DNA from: Massilicoli timonensis
GTDB taxonomy: Bacteria > Bacillota_I > Bacilli_A > Erysipelotrichales > Erysipelotrichaceae
Reading direction: 5' to 3'
Assembly: GCF_900199515.1 (NCBI RefSeq)
Contig: NZ_LT963434.1
Coordinates: 513,272 to 545,271 of the forward strand
Length of the DNA: 32,000 bases
Shown: one piece after another, positions 9,276 to 17,394 of the stretch
Layout of the letters: each line of letters begins with the position of its first letter
Numbering within the stretch: position 1 is the stretch's first letter
Position numbers and translations under genes: made by a program
Notes under the pieces: generated by a model
What the model was told of the DNA's origin: nothing
Databases searched by the model: none
Seen by the model: only the letters and a program-made list of their open reading frames with translations

Positions 9276-10307
9276 TTAAATGCTTTTAATCCATACTCTA
9301 ATTTTCACAAATATTTCTACTATTGAAATAGGAAAAAATAAATAGACTATTCGAAAAACCTTTAAAGGAAACGTAACTCCTTTTGAATCTTTTAACTTCA
9401 TGCGAAAAGTAGAATTGTTTTTTAAATATTTGATAATTTTATTATAATTTCTATAATCACTGATTTTTGATGCAAAACTATATTCATCTACTAGAGCACT
9501 ATATATATTGCATAATAATATATCATTTATTTTTTTAGATGAATCTCTTGGAAGTTGATATTTATTAACTAATTCTTCAAATTTATCATCTAACTCTAAG
9601 TATCTATCAAATTTATCGAGATAATACTTTGATGATACAGTATTCCTACAGTTAATGATTCTATGATATATGTATAGGCTATCACTGATAGCAGTTATTG
9701 TAGGATAAAAACTCATTACCTTAATAACATAATTGACATCTTCAATTAAATTAACTTCATCTAAATATAGATTATTTTTATGCAAAAACTCTCTTTTGAA
9801 CACTTTATTACATAAAGAATTAAATAAAGATTTATCAATAATTTCATTGAAAATTTCACCTAGATAGACATTATATTTATTCTTATCAAAAAACTGTTCA
9901 TTTTTATAAATTTCAATATTATCATCCAAGCCTATCATAGTCATACCAAAGCAAAGTATGTCTGTATTGTACAATAAATAAGAGTGAATAACTTCTAATG
10001 CATTTTCCTTAATCATATCATCTGAATCTATAAACCATATAAAGTCATTAGTACCAATATCAATACCTCGATTTCTCGCAAGTGCAGGTCCTTTGTTCTG
10101 TTGATGAATCAGTGCAATATTAGTATATCTGTCAGCATAATATTTGCAAATATTATATGAATCATCAGTACTCCCATCATCAATTAATATAATTGAATCG
10201 TTATAAACATTTTGAATGCATAATTCTTTTAGAAGATTACTTATATTATTCTCACAATTATAAATTGGAATGATAATGTCTAATCTCATTTTACTATTGG
10301 CACTCAT
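9276..10307 (-). CDS. Family 2 glycosyltransferase
   Basis: It has the GT-A signature DIIIPIYNCENNI...IILIDDGSTDDS...DSDD. An AAGGAGGG SD lies 7 nt upstream of the ATG. Confidence 0.8.
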   Translation of the reverse strand: MSANSKMRLDIIIPIYNCENNISNLLKELCIQNVYNDSIILIDDGSTDDSYNICKYYADRYTNIALIHQQNKGPALARNRGIDIGTNDFIWFIDSDDMIKENALEVIHSYLLYNTDILCFGMTMIGLDDNIEIYKNEQFFDKNKYNVYLGEIFNEIIDKSLFNSLCNKVFKREFLHKNNLYLDEVNLIEDVNYVIKVMSFYPTITAISDSLYIYHRIINCRNTVSSKYYLDKFDRYLELDDKFEELVNKYQLPRDSSKKINDILLCNIYSALVDEYSFASKISDYRNYNKIIKYLKNNSTFRMKLKDSKGVTFPLKVFRIVYLFFPISIVEIFVKIRVWIKSI

Positions 10308-10428
10308 AATGTCACCCTCCTTTCAAAACAAAGAGAAAGTAGTTTTTGTTAAAATAATTTATAATAATGCATGAAAATTTCGCTTACAGTCAATTCGTTT
10401 TAATATCAATTTCTACCTATTTTAGTTT

Positions 10429-11544
10429 TTAATAAAAGCGCCAGTAATGATAAGCATTTACAAGTCTATACGCAAACATACCTAGACAAATAATCACTAA
10501 AACTATCGTGATTAAATTCTTTTTCATTTTAGATAAATGACCAATTTCCTTAAATAAGACTAAACTCATTATATATAAAATCGTTTGGTATCTTGATACG
10601 ATCAATGGGAAAGGCAATAGTCCTAAACATAATAAAATTAAAGACTTTGTCAGATTCATATAGTAAGATCCGTATTTTTTTTCAATTTCATCTCTAAACT
10701 TATAAAATAAGTACACAATTATAATAAACAATATCCAAGAACATATCATAGACCTAATATCTATAAATTGGAGATAAAAACTAGGATCTGCGTATATCTT
10801 TAATCTTTCTAATGCATCAGATAAAAACAATATACCTGTTGGAAAAAAATTACCTATAAGTAATCCAATATAAGATAAACATATCATTCCAAATGACAAC
10901 GTCTTGCACAGTTTATTCTTATCTGAAAAGATAGTCAGAATTTCTGCCATTGCGACTACTAATAATAAAGTCAAAGCTGCTGTATGTATCAGAACTGGAA
11001 TAATATAAAGAAGTTTATAACCTATTTTTTTAGGTGCATCAAATAAAAATATCAATAGAAACGATGCAATTGCTAAAGGAAAGCGGACACCACTTATTGT
11101 TTGATTAAGATAGATAAAACTTGCAAACATAATAAAATATAATGAAATATAGCGACTTTCTTTTACATCTTTGCATACTTTATTAGTGTATATAAAAATA
11201 CTGATATAAAAAATTGATGTTGAAATAAATGTTAACAAATTACTGTTATTCGTTAGAGAAACAAGATAAAAAAGAGTTGTTGTAATAATATTTATTTTAT
11301 ATGGAAATTGCGCGATATAATTAAGACCTTCTGTTTTAAAAGAATCAATCATCATAAAATATCTACTCAAATCATCTCCTTCATAAGGATCGGTGCATAA
11401 TGCAATGATTCCGACAGCAATAATAATGATAATTAAACTGTATATGCTTCGCTTTTTTACTGTTAAATTCAGAAATATATTAATATAATTAGCGATTAAG
11501 AAAAACAGACATAAAAAAACTGATAAATATCCTAGAATTTTCAC
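10429..11544 (-). CDS. wzy: Repeat-unit polymerase Wzy (EpsG-like membrane protein)
   Basis: This is a 371-aa protein with about 10-11 TM helices and no soluble domain. It sits among glycosyltransferases next to wzx, which suits an EpsG/O-antigen polymerase-like role. The start is GTG with an AAGGGGGA SD. Confidence 0.6.
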   Translation of the reverse strand: MKILGYLSVFLCLFFLIANYINIFLNLTVKKRSIYSLIIIIIAVGIIALCTDPYEGDDLSRYFMMIDSFKTEGLNYIAQFPYKINIITTTLFYLVSLTNNSNLLTFISTSIFYISIFIYTNKVCKDVKESRYISLYFIMFASFIYLNQTISGVRFPLAIASFLLIFLFDAPKKIGYKLLYIIPVLIHTAALTLLLVVAMAEILTIFSDKNKLCKTLSFGMICLSYIGLLIGNFFPTGILFLSDALERLKIYADPSFYLQFIDIRSMICSWILFIIIVYLFYKFRDEIEKKYGSYYMNLTKSLILLCLGLLPFPLIVSRYQTILYIMSLVLFKEIGHLSKMKKNLITIVLVIICLGMFAYRLVNAYHYWRFY

Positions 11545-11545
11545 A

Positions 11546-12643
11546 CTATTCCCCCTTCCTGCTGATTATTTGATCATAAAATCGAATTAAGTTCTCTGCT
11601 GTTTCATAAATATCAAATTGATCAAGAGTTTTGTTATATGGCCGTTTATCTTTTTTATAATTAATAATCAAATTGACCCAATCTTCTATATTAGTTTTAT
11701 TAATTCCACACTGTATAATATTATTATTTATAATTGATTCCTTTGATATTTTATTTGAAATTATTGAGAATAACGAAGAACATTGTGCTTCTATCAAAGA
11801 GACTGGAAAACCTTCAAAATATGATGGAAGTAAAAAAATATCAAAGAAACTATAGTACTTATATGAATCTTCGACCCTTCCAACTAAAACTATATTTTCT
11901 GACAACCCCAATTTTTCAATATATTTTTTAATTGTTTTTTTACTGTCACCATCACCCACAATAAATAATTTATAATTTCTGGTGTTATCTTTTTCTAAAA
12001 CTTCTTTCAAAATTTCCAAAGAAAAGTTTAAGTTTTTTTCAGGTGATAATCGGCACACCATTCCTATGACTATATCTTCATCACCAATACTATATTTTGT
12101 TCTAAGGTCATATCTATACACATTATTATATTTGAATTTATTTACATCAATACCATTGGGTATCCACTTGCCCTTCACGCCTTTTCCAAACGACCATTTT
12201 TTTGCAGCTATACCGCAATAGGCAAAATTTGTTGCCATTAATTTATTAAGATAATGAATAAATGCCCTTTTGAAATTAGTATTTTCATAATCCCCCATAC
12301 ATGTATGTGCATGGGCTATTCGTACCTTAATCCTACACATTTTAGCAATCATTAGCGGTAAGAAGCACATGTCACTTTGATGAGCGTGAACAGCATCAAA
12401 ATAGTTATTATTGTATATTTTTCTCAAATCTTCGAGATACTTAAAGATATTTTCTTTTTTTGGAGTAATGTGATATATATTACAGCCCAATTGAGATAGT
12501 TTTCTTTCAATAACTCCTATTTCATTCCCATGAACAATAAAATCCCATTTTATTCCTCTTCCATTAATTAATGAATAATAATTATATAGCATTGATTCTA
12601 TTCCACCAATATCTAATTTTGGAACAATATGAAGAATCCTCAT
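11546..12643 (-). CDS. Family 4 (GT-B) glycosyltransferase
   Basis: The C-terminal EX7E region is PSYFEGFPVSLIEAQCSS, and the N-terminus ILHIVPKLDIGGIE is typical of GT4. Confidence 0.8.
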   Translation of the reverse strand: MRILHIVPKLDIGGIESMLYNYYSLINGRGIKWDFIVHGNEIGVIERKLSQLGCNIYHITPKKENIFKYLEDLRKIYNNNYFDAVHAHQSDMCFLPLMIAKMCRIKVRIAHAHTCMGDYENTNFKRAFIHYLNKLMATNFAYCGIAAKKWSFGKGVKGKWIPNGIDVNKFKYNNVYRYDLRTKYSIGDEDIVIGMVCRLSPEKNLNFSLEILKEVLEKDNTRNYKLFIVGDGDSKKTIKKYIEKLGLSENIVLVGRVEDSYKYYSFFDIFLLPSYFEGFPVSLIEAQCSSLFSIISNKISKESIINNNIIQCGINKTNIEDWVNLIINYKKDKRPYNKTLDQFDIYETAENLIRFYDQIISRKGE

Positions 12644-12699
12644 ACTATCAACTTACCTCCCATTGCATAGCAAAACACTATAAACTGTTATAAATATAT

Positions 12700-13497
12700 T
12701 TACTTCCTTCTATTCTTTGACACAAAGATCCTTTTAAGATATTTTATATCCTCATAACAATCCAATATCTTCCTTTGAAAAAAAGAAATATATCCTTTTT
12801 CACTTGCTATTTCATGCATCATTTTTATTCCTTTATGCATTTTTTTCAAATTTCCTGATAGACCACTATGTCCATATGTCGGCTTCCCATCGCCACAAAA
12901 AACCAATGGTTCAATTGTATAATATAATCCAAAACAAGAAGCTACTTCTAAAAAAAAGATCCCTTCTTCAGCATGAGTCATTGATTCATTAAAATATAAA
13001 TCATTTTTGAAAAGACTTTTTCTAAAAATAATAGATGGGGTACATGGCCAATTCTTAATGCAATAACGGAATGGTGAAATTCTATATATAGAGTCAGTAA
13101 TCTTAGTGCCATATTTTATTATTTCACCTATTCTATTTGATCCTAAAACTTTGATATCAGTATATTTTTCTAAAATTTCATTTTGTATTTCCAATTTATT
13201 AGGCAACCAAACATCATCTGCATCTAACAATGCAATATATTCATTTCTAGTATTTTTTATACCTACATTTCTGGCCGATGAAGCACCACCATTTGTTTTA
13301 TTTAGTATTTTTATTTTTGAATTCTTTTCCAATATAAGTGAATTAACTATTTCTAGCGATTTATCAGTGGAACCATCATTAACAACAATTATTTCATCAA
13401 TTAAATCATATTTTGTTTGATTAATTACAGATTGTATTGTTTTTTCTATCGTACCTTCATTATTGTACATCGGAATAACTACACTGTATTTAATCAT
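12700..13497 (-). CDS. Family 2 glycosyltransferase
   Basis: It has the GT-A motifs YSVVIPMYNNEGTIEKTIQSVINQT, IIVVNDGSTDKS and LDADD. The start is set at ATG 13497, which overlaps the upstream stop (ATGA). Confidence 0.8.
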   Translation of the reverse strand: MIKYSVVIPMYNNEGTIEKTIQSVINQTKYDLIDEIIVVNDGSTDKSLEIVNSLILEKNSKIKILNKTNGGASSARNVGIKNTRNEYIALLDADDVWLPNKLEIQNEILEKYTDIKVLGSNRIGEIIKYGTKITDSIYRISPFRYCIKNWPCTPSIIFRKSLFKNDLYFNESMTHAEEGIFFLEVASCFGLYYTIEPLVFCGDGKPTYGHSGLSGNLKKMHKGIKMMHEIASEKGYISFFQRKILDCYEDIKYLKRIFVSKNRRK

Positions 13498-14090
13498 ATT
13501 TCCTCCCATTTCTCTTTATTCTCATTGAATCGTTTAATTATAGTAGCTGGAGAGCCAACTACCATACTATTCTCTTCTATACTTTTTGTTACAACACTGC
13601 TAGCACCTATCACAGAACCATTTCCTATTTTTACACCTTTCAAAATCACAACATTCTCTCCAATCCAAACATTATTTCCTATCTCAATAGGCGAAGAATA
13701 TATCTTTCTACAATCAGGAGGAGTATTAGGTAATACTTGTTCTCTATCATTATAACTTCCATGATCTAGATCGGAAATAAATACATGTGAAGCAATTAGT
13801 ACATTATCACCAATCTTTACAGAACTGGCGCTGGCAATATGCACATAATCGCCTATTTTCACGTTCTTACCAAAACTAATAACACCAAATGTATCACCAA
13901 CTTTAATGCTTTCTAAACGGCAACAATATCCACTTGTAAAACCATGATTAAAGTTTATATATTTCCCATTTCGTATGTAGCATGGATAACGGATCAATCT
14001 TGCTTGACGATGGAATATTTTTGTTGCTATCAAACTTACTGTATTTTTAATGATTTCATAAATACCATACTGCATTTTATCAATCCTCAT
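13494..14090 (-). CDS. Left-handed beta-helix (hexapeptide repeat) acetyltransferase
   Basis: It contains repeated [LIV]G-x4 hexapeptides (IGDNVLIASHVFI, IGNNVWIGENVVILKGVKIGNGSVIGASSVV). It resembles Maa/LacA-type sugar O-acetyltransferases. Confidence 0.75.
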   Translation of the reverse strand: MRIDKMQYGIYEIIKNTVSLIATKIFHRQARLIRYPCYIRNGKYINFNHGFTSGYCCRLESIKVGDTFGVISFGKNVKIGDYVHIASASSVKIGDNVLIASHVFISDLDHGSYNDREQVLPNTPPDCRKIYSSPIEIGNNVWIGENVVILKGVKIGNGSVIGASSVVTKSIEENSMVVGSPATIIKRFNENKEKWEEI

Positions 14091-15018
14091 TTTCTAAATG
14101 ATATCCCTTTAATAAATATAGCGCCTTAAATAAGAAGCTCTGTATTCTTGTTTGGCGATAAAGCTTTGTTGTACATACAAATTTTATCCTACTAAATAGA
14201 CCATCACAACTTCTAATAAAACATTCTAATTCTGTTAAATATTCTCTGTCTAAAGATGCCTTATATATGTTATAAAACTCATTAATCTGCATTGCATATT
14301 TTTTATTATCATTGTTTCTGATTCGCTTTACTCTCTCTTTGAACCAGCCAATTTTCCCTTCTCCAAAACCAACTTCATTGTTTTGGTGTTGTCGATAATA
14401 AACAAAAGAATCATTATTAAAAATGATCTTCCCTTTTACCATGGCCACATTCGTGATCCATGAATCATATACATAGATTTTCGCATAATTGATCGGTTTC
14501 TTTAATTCGTCCAATAGCACCTGATTCATCACTTGTTCATGTCCGGGTAAAAAATTCTGAATGATCGTGTTATAGAATGTAATTTCACGCTTCTTTTTTT
14601 GTGTTGTTCCGAATGGAATCAGATCATCATGCACCAAATAAGAAGTTGACGCATATAATAATGGAATTTTGCTATCTTCTTGCTCTAAGTATTTTACTGC
14701 TATATCTAATTTATTGTCTAACCATACATCATCCTGATCACTTAGTGAGTAGTAATCATAGCCGTTTGCCTCTTGTATCAACCAAAAGAAGCTTTTGTTA
14801 TAACCTATGTTTTCCCCCTCTACTACTTTGATTCTATCAGGATACTTCGTTTCATATTCCTGTAAGATATTCAGTGTATCATCATTTGACCCATCATCAC
14901 GAATCAACAAGTCCACCTGATGTTCTGTTTTTTGATACAGGATACTTTCAATTTGTGCACTAATATATTTCTCACCGTTATAGGCGGATAATAAAACAAG
15001 AATTCTTTTACTTTTCAT
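14080..15018 (-). CDS. Family 2 glycosyltransferase
   Basis: The sequence ILVLLSAYNGEKYISAQIESILYQ...DLLIRDDGSNDDT...SDQDD carries the GT-A DxD and nucleotide-binding signatures. Confidence 0.8.
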   Translation of the reverse strand: MKSKRILVLLSAYNGEKYISAQIESILYQKTEHQVDLLIRDDGSNDDTLNILQEYETKYPDRIKVVEGENIGYNKSFFWLIQEANGYDYYSLSDQDDVWLDNKLDIAVKYLEQEDSKIPLLYASTSYLVHDDLIPFGTTQKKKREITFYNTIIQNFLPGHEQVMNQVLLDELKKPINYAKIYVYDSWITNVAMVKGKIIFNNDSFVYYRQHQNNEVGFGEGKIGWFKERVKRIRNNDNKKYAMQINEFYNIYKASLDREYLTELECFIRSCDGLFSRIKFVCTTKLYRQTRIQSFLFKALYLLKGYHLENED

Positions 15019-15057
15019 ATATCAAATCTCCAAAATACTTTGTGATCAAGATCCGTT

Positions 15058-15672
15058 TCATTCCATCTCCCCCTTGTGCATCTCTCCTGTTCCTCCCTCT
15101 ACCACTCCATCTGATCGCAATACCGATGTGATCGTTTTGATCAAGCACTTCACGTCAAATAAAAAAGAGCTGCATTCCACATACTCTCCATCTAACTTCG
15201 CCTTTACTTCGATCTCCAATTCATCTCGTCCGTTGATCTGCGCCCATCCGCTTAATCCCGGCTTGATCTCATTGGCATGATAACGATCCCTTTCTTCTAT
15301 CAGATCATATTGATTCCATAGTGCCGGTCTCGGTCCGATGATCGCCATATCCCCCTTTAAGATATTCAAGATCTGCGGTAGTTCATCTAAGCTCGTCTTT
15401 CTTAAAAACCTTCCTGCCTTTGTGATATACTGATCCGGATTTGCCAATAGATGGGTAGGCATATCCTTTGGTGTATCCACATACATCGTACGAAACTTCA
15501 AGATATAGAAATAAGTTTTATCTTTTCCGACTCTTTTTTGCTTGAACAGGATCGGTCCCTTACTATCCAACTTGATCCAGACGCATAGGATCAGAAAGAG
15601 CGGACTCAATAATACCAATGCGATCAAAGACAACAAAAAGTCGATCCCTCTTTTTATATAATTTCGATACAT
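15058..15672 (-). CDS. Initiating undecaprenyl-phosphate sugar-phosphotransferase (small monotopic PglC/WbaP-C-terminal type 'bacterial sugar transferase')
   Basis: IKRGIDFLLSLIALVLLSPLFLILCVWIKLDSKGPILFKQKRVGKDKTYFYILKFRTM and DELPQILNILKGDMAIIGPRP are diagnostic of this family. Confidence 0.9.
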   Translation of the reverse strand: MYRNYIKRGIDFLLSLIALVLLSPLFLILCVWIKLDSKGPILFKQKRVGKDKTYFYILKFRTMYVDTPKDMPTHLLANPDQYITKAGRFLRKTSLDELPQILNILKGDMAIIGPRPALWNQYDLIEERDRYHANEIKPGLSGWAQINGRDELEIEVKAKLDGEYVECSSFLFDVKCLIKTITSVLRSDGVVEGGTGEMHKGEME

Positions 15673-15684
15673 TCCTTTTCCTCC

Positions 15685-16257
15685 CTAAATAATCGTACCC
15701 GCAGGAATATGCTGATTAGAAGGTATCCTTGTGCCTGCTTGTATTACACAATGACTCTCAATTCTGCATTTTTCTTGAATTAACGCTGCTGGACGAACTA
15801 TTACATTTGCATAAAGCAATCCATACGCTTCCACCTTTGCATCATGATGGATAACCGTATGAGCAGAAATAATATTACCTTCTCCAATCCATGCATTTGC
15901 TTCAATCTGTGCAAATGGAAATACAATCGTTCCTTTCCCAACCGCTGCATAAGGAGATACATCGGCTTTCGGACTAATCAATGTCACGATGCGATAACCG
16001 ATCATTTCTGCTTGCATACACCATTTTTTTCTCATTTCATTGTTTCCTATCGCAATGAAAATATCTTCATATTCAAGATAATACGAACACATCTCATCAA
16101 TTTTCCCGATTACTTTGCTGCCATTGATACAATCATGAACCATCTGATCATCTAAAAATGCTATTTCATCATAACAACTTAAACTCTTCGCAATATCTAA
16201 ACAGCATCTGCCATGTCCTCCGGCGCCTACAATTAACAGTTTTTTAATAAAAATCAC
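15685..16257 (-). CDS. NeuD/PglD-family sugar N/O-acetyltransferase
   Basis: An N-terminal Rossmann-like KKLLIVGAGGHGR is followed by C-terminal hexapeptide repeats (IGEGNIISAHTVIHHDAKV). The start codon is ambiguous: GTG 16257 lies inside the SD, while ATT 16248 has ideal spacing. Confidence 0.75.
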   Translation of the reverse strand: MIFIKKLLIVGAGGHGRCCLDIAKSLSCYDEIAFLDDQMVHDCINGSKVIGKIDEMCSYYLEYEDIFIAIGNNEMRKKWCMQAEMIGYRIVTLISPKADVSPYAAVGKGTIVFPFAQIEANAWIGEGNIISAHTVIHHDAKVEAYGLLYANVIVRPAALIQEKCRIESHCVIQAGTRIPSNQHIPAGTII

Positions 16258-16261
16258 CTCT

Positions 16262-16315
16262 AAAACAAAAAAAGAATATAGTTCCCCCTACCCATACGAT
16301 AACGAAACTATATCC
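16262..16315 (-). terminator. Candidate intrinsic terminator between the NusG-like genes and the biosynthetic genes
   Basis: The minus-strand RNA forms GGAUAUAGUU-22 nt loop-AACUAUAUUC, a 10-bp stem with one G.U pair. It is followed directly by UUUUUUUGUUUU. The stem is AT-rich and the loop is large, so the structure is weak. Confidence 0.35.
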
Positions 16316-16357
16316 AAATATTCAACACAGGCGGTAAACCAGCTCTCTGTCTCCTAT

Positions 16358-16849
16358 TCATCCTGTAATCACCAGACCGGCCTGTATCTCACGATTCATG
16401 AACGCAATATCCAAATAAGCCAATCGGTTATGTTTGTCGACCTTTTTTATATTTTTTTCAAATCGCTTCAGCGGCCCCTCATAGACCTTGGCCCTGTTTT
16501 CCTTCAATACCGCTTTTGACATTCTTAATACATGGCTGTCATCTAACAACTGCTCTAATAGCCGCACTTCTTCCTCACGCAAGGCACTTACTTCTTCATA
16601 CTTCAACTGTGCGATTATATCATCTCTCACTTCAATCATATGGCTCAGCAACAAATCAAATGAACGCTGGTCAATCGACGCTTTCACAAACACATAATTT
16701 GCAAATAAAGGCTTATAAGCATATCCATCTATATCTCTGCGATAATATTCCAACTGCGGTACAAAAGCATCGATTCCGTCATGTTGATTCAACTGCTTTA
16801 CCAGTTTGTCCATCTTCCATTTGAGACAGTATAAAATATACCAGTTCAT
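16358..16849 (-). CDS. NusG-family paralog (LoaP/UpxY/RfaH-like operon-specific transcription antiterminator), copy 2
   Basis: The NGN-like N-terminus is NWYILYC...DAFVPQLEYYRR...KPLFANYVFVKA. The KOW-like C-terminus is VYEGPLKRFEKNIKKVDKHNRLAYLDIAFMNREIQAGL. The ATG overlaps the stop of copy 1 (ATGA). Confidence 0.7.
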   Translation of the reverse strand: MNWYILYCLKWKMDKLVKQLNQHDGIDAFVPQLEYYRRDIDGYAYKPLFANYVFVKASIDQRSFDLLLSHMIEVRDDIIAQLKYEEVSALREEEVRLLEQLLDDSHVLRMSKAVLKENRAKVYEGPLKRFEKNIKKVDKHNRLAYLDIAFMNREIQAGLVITG

Positions 16850-17349
16850 ACCTTATTGACCACTTCCAGCGGTGCTTTCATCCTTGTCCCCAGCAACTGA
16901 CAGTCCAAATATGCAATGCGCTTATGGCGATCGATTTTTTTGATCTGCTGCTCCATCCCTTTTAGCGGGCCGCTTTCCACATTTAATTTTGAATTGATGA
17001 TATTACCGACGGAATGCCTGATCACACCATTTCCATCAAACATTCTTTCAAAAAATCGCTGTTCCTCCTCATCCATAGAAATCAATGCCTCTCCTTCCAG
17101 TAATTTTGCAAAGCGACTGATTTGGTGAAACAGATCCTGATAAGTCTGATGAAAATGCTCTTTACTCATATCCGCTTTTATAAACAAGTAATCCGGAAAC
17201 AGTAATATATTGCGATACTCCTTGGTATTCGCACCCGAAAACCATTTTTCCATCATTGGCAGAAATGCGTGAATCCCTTGTTGTTCATTAAAAAAGCGCA
17301 AAAGATCGTGACAATTTCCACTTTTTATATGAATAATGCACCAATACAA
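16846..17349 (-). CDS. NusG-family paralog (LoaP/UpxY/RfaH-like operon-specific transcription antiterminator), copy 1
   Basis: The NGN-like N-terminus is YWCIIHIKSG...HAFLPMMEKW...LLFPDYLFIKA. The KOW-like C-terminus is VESGPLKGMEQQIKKIDRHKRIAYLDCQLLGTRMKAPLEV. It has a TTG start at 17349 with an AAGGGGTG SD (17357-17364) 7 nt upstream. It is the first gene of the operon. Confidence 0.7.
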   Translation of the reverse strand: MYWCIIHIKSGNCHDLLRFFNEQQGIHAFLPMMEKWFSGANTKEYRNILLFPDYLFIKADMSKEHFHQTYQDLFHQISRFAKLLEGEALISMDEEEQRFFERMFDGNGVIRHSVGNIINSKLNVESGPLKGMEQQIKKIDRHKRIAYLDCQLLGTRMKAPLEVVNKV

Positions 17350-17367
17350 AAAAATTCACCCCTTGCG

Positions 17368-17394
17368 TTTCGTAGAACATGTTATTCTACGAAA
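17368..17394. repeat. Left recombinase core site (IRL): TTTCGTAGAA-CATGTTA-TTCTACGAAA
   Basis: It has 10-bp perfectly palindromic arms around a 7-bp asymmetric spacer. The whole 27-mer is the exact reverse complement of 18479-18505. The recombinase stop codon (TAG, 17389-17387) lies in the inner arm. Confidence 0.9.

Noticed and set aside
10308-10428. A 121-bp intergenic gap between wzy and the next GT2 gene might hold an internal promoter (TTGACT...CATTAT/TATAAA-like hexamers).
   Set aside because: The spacing is suboptimal (18-21 nt), and AT-rich DNA yields such hexamers by chance. Without TSS data it is not supportable as a feature.
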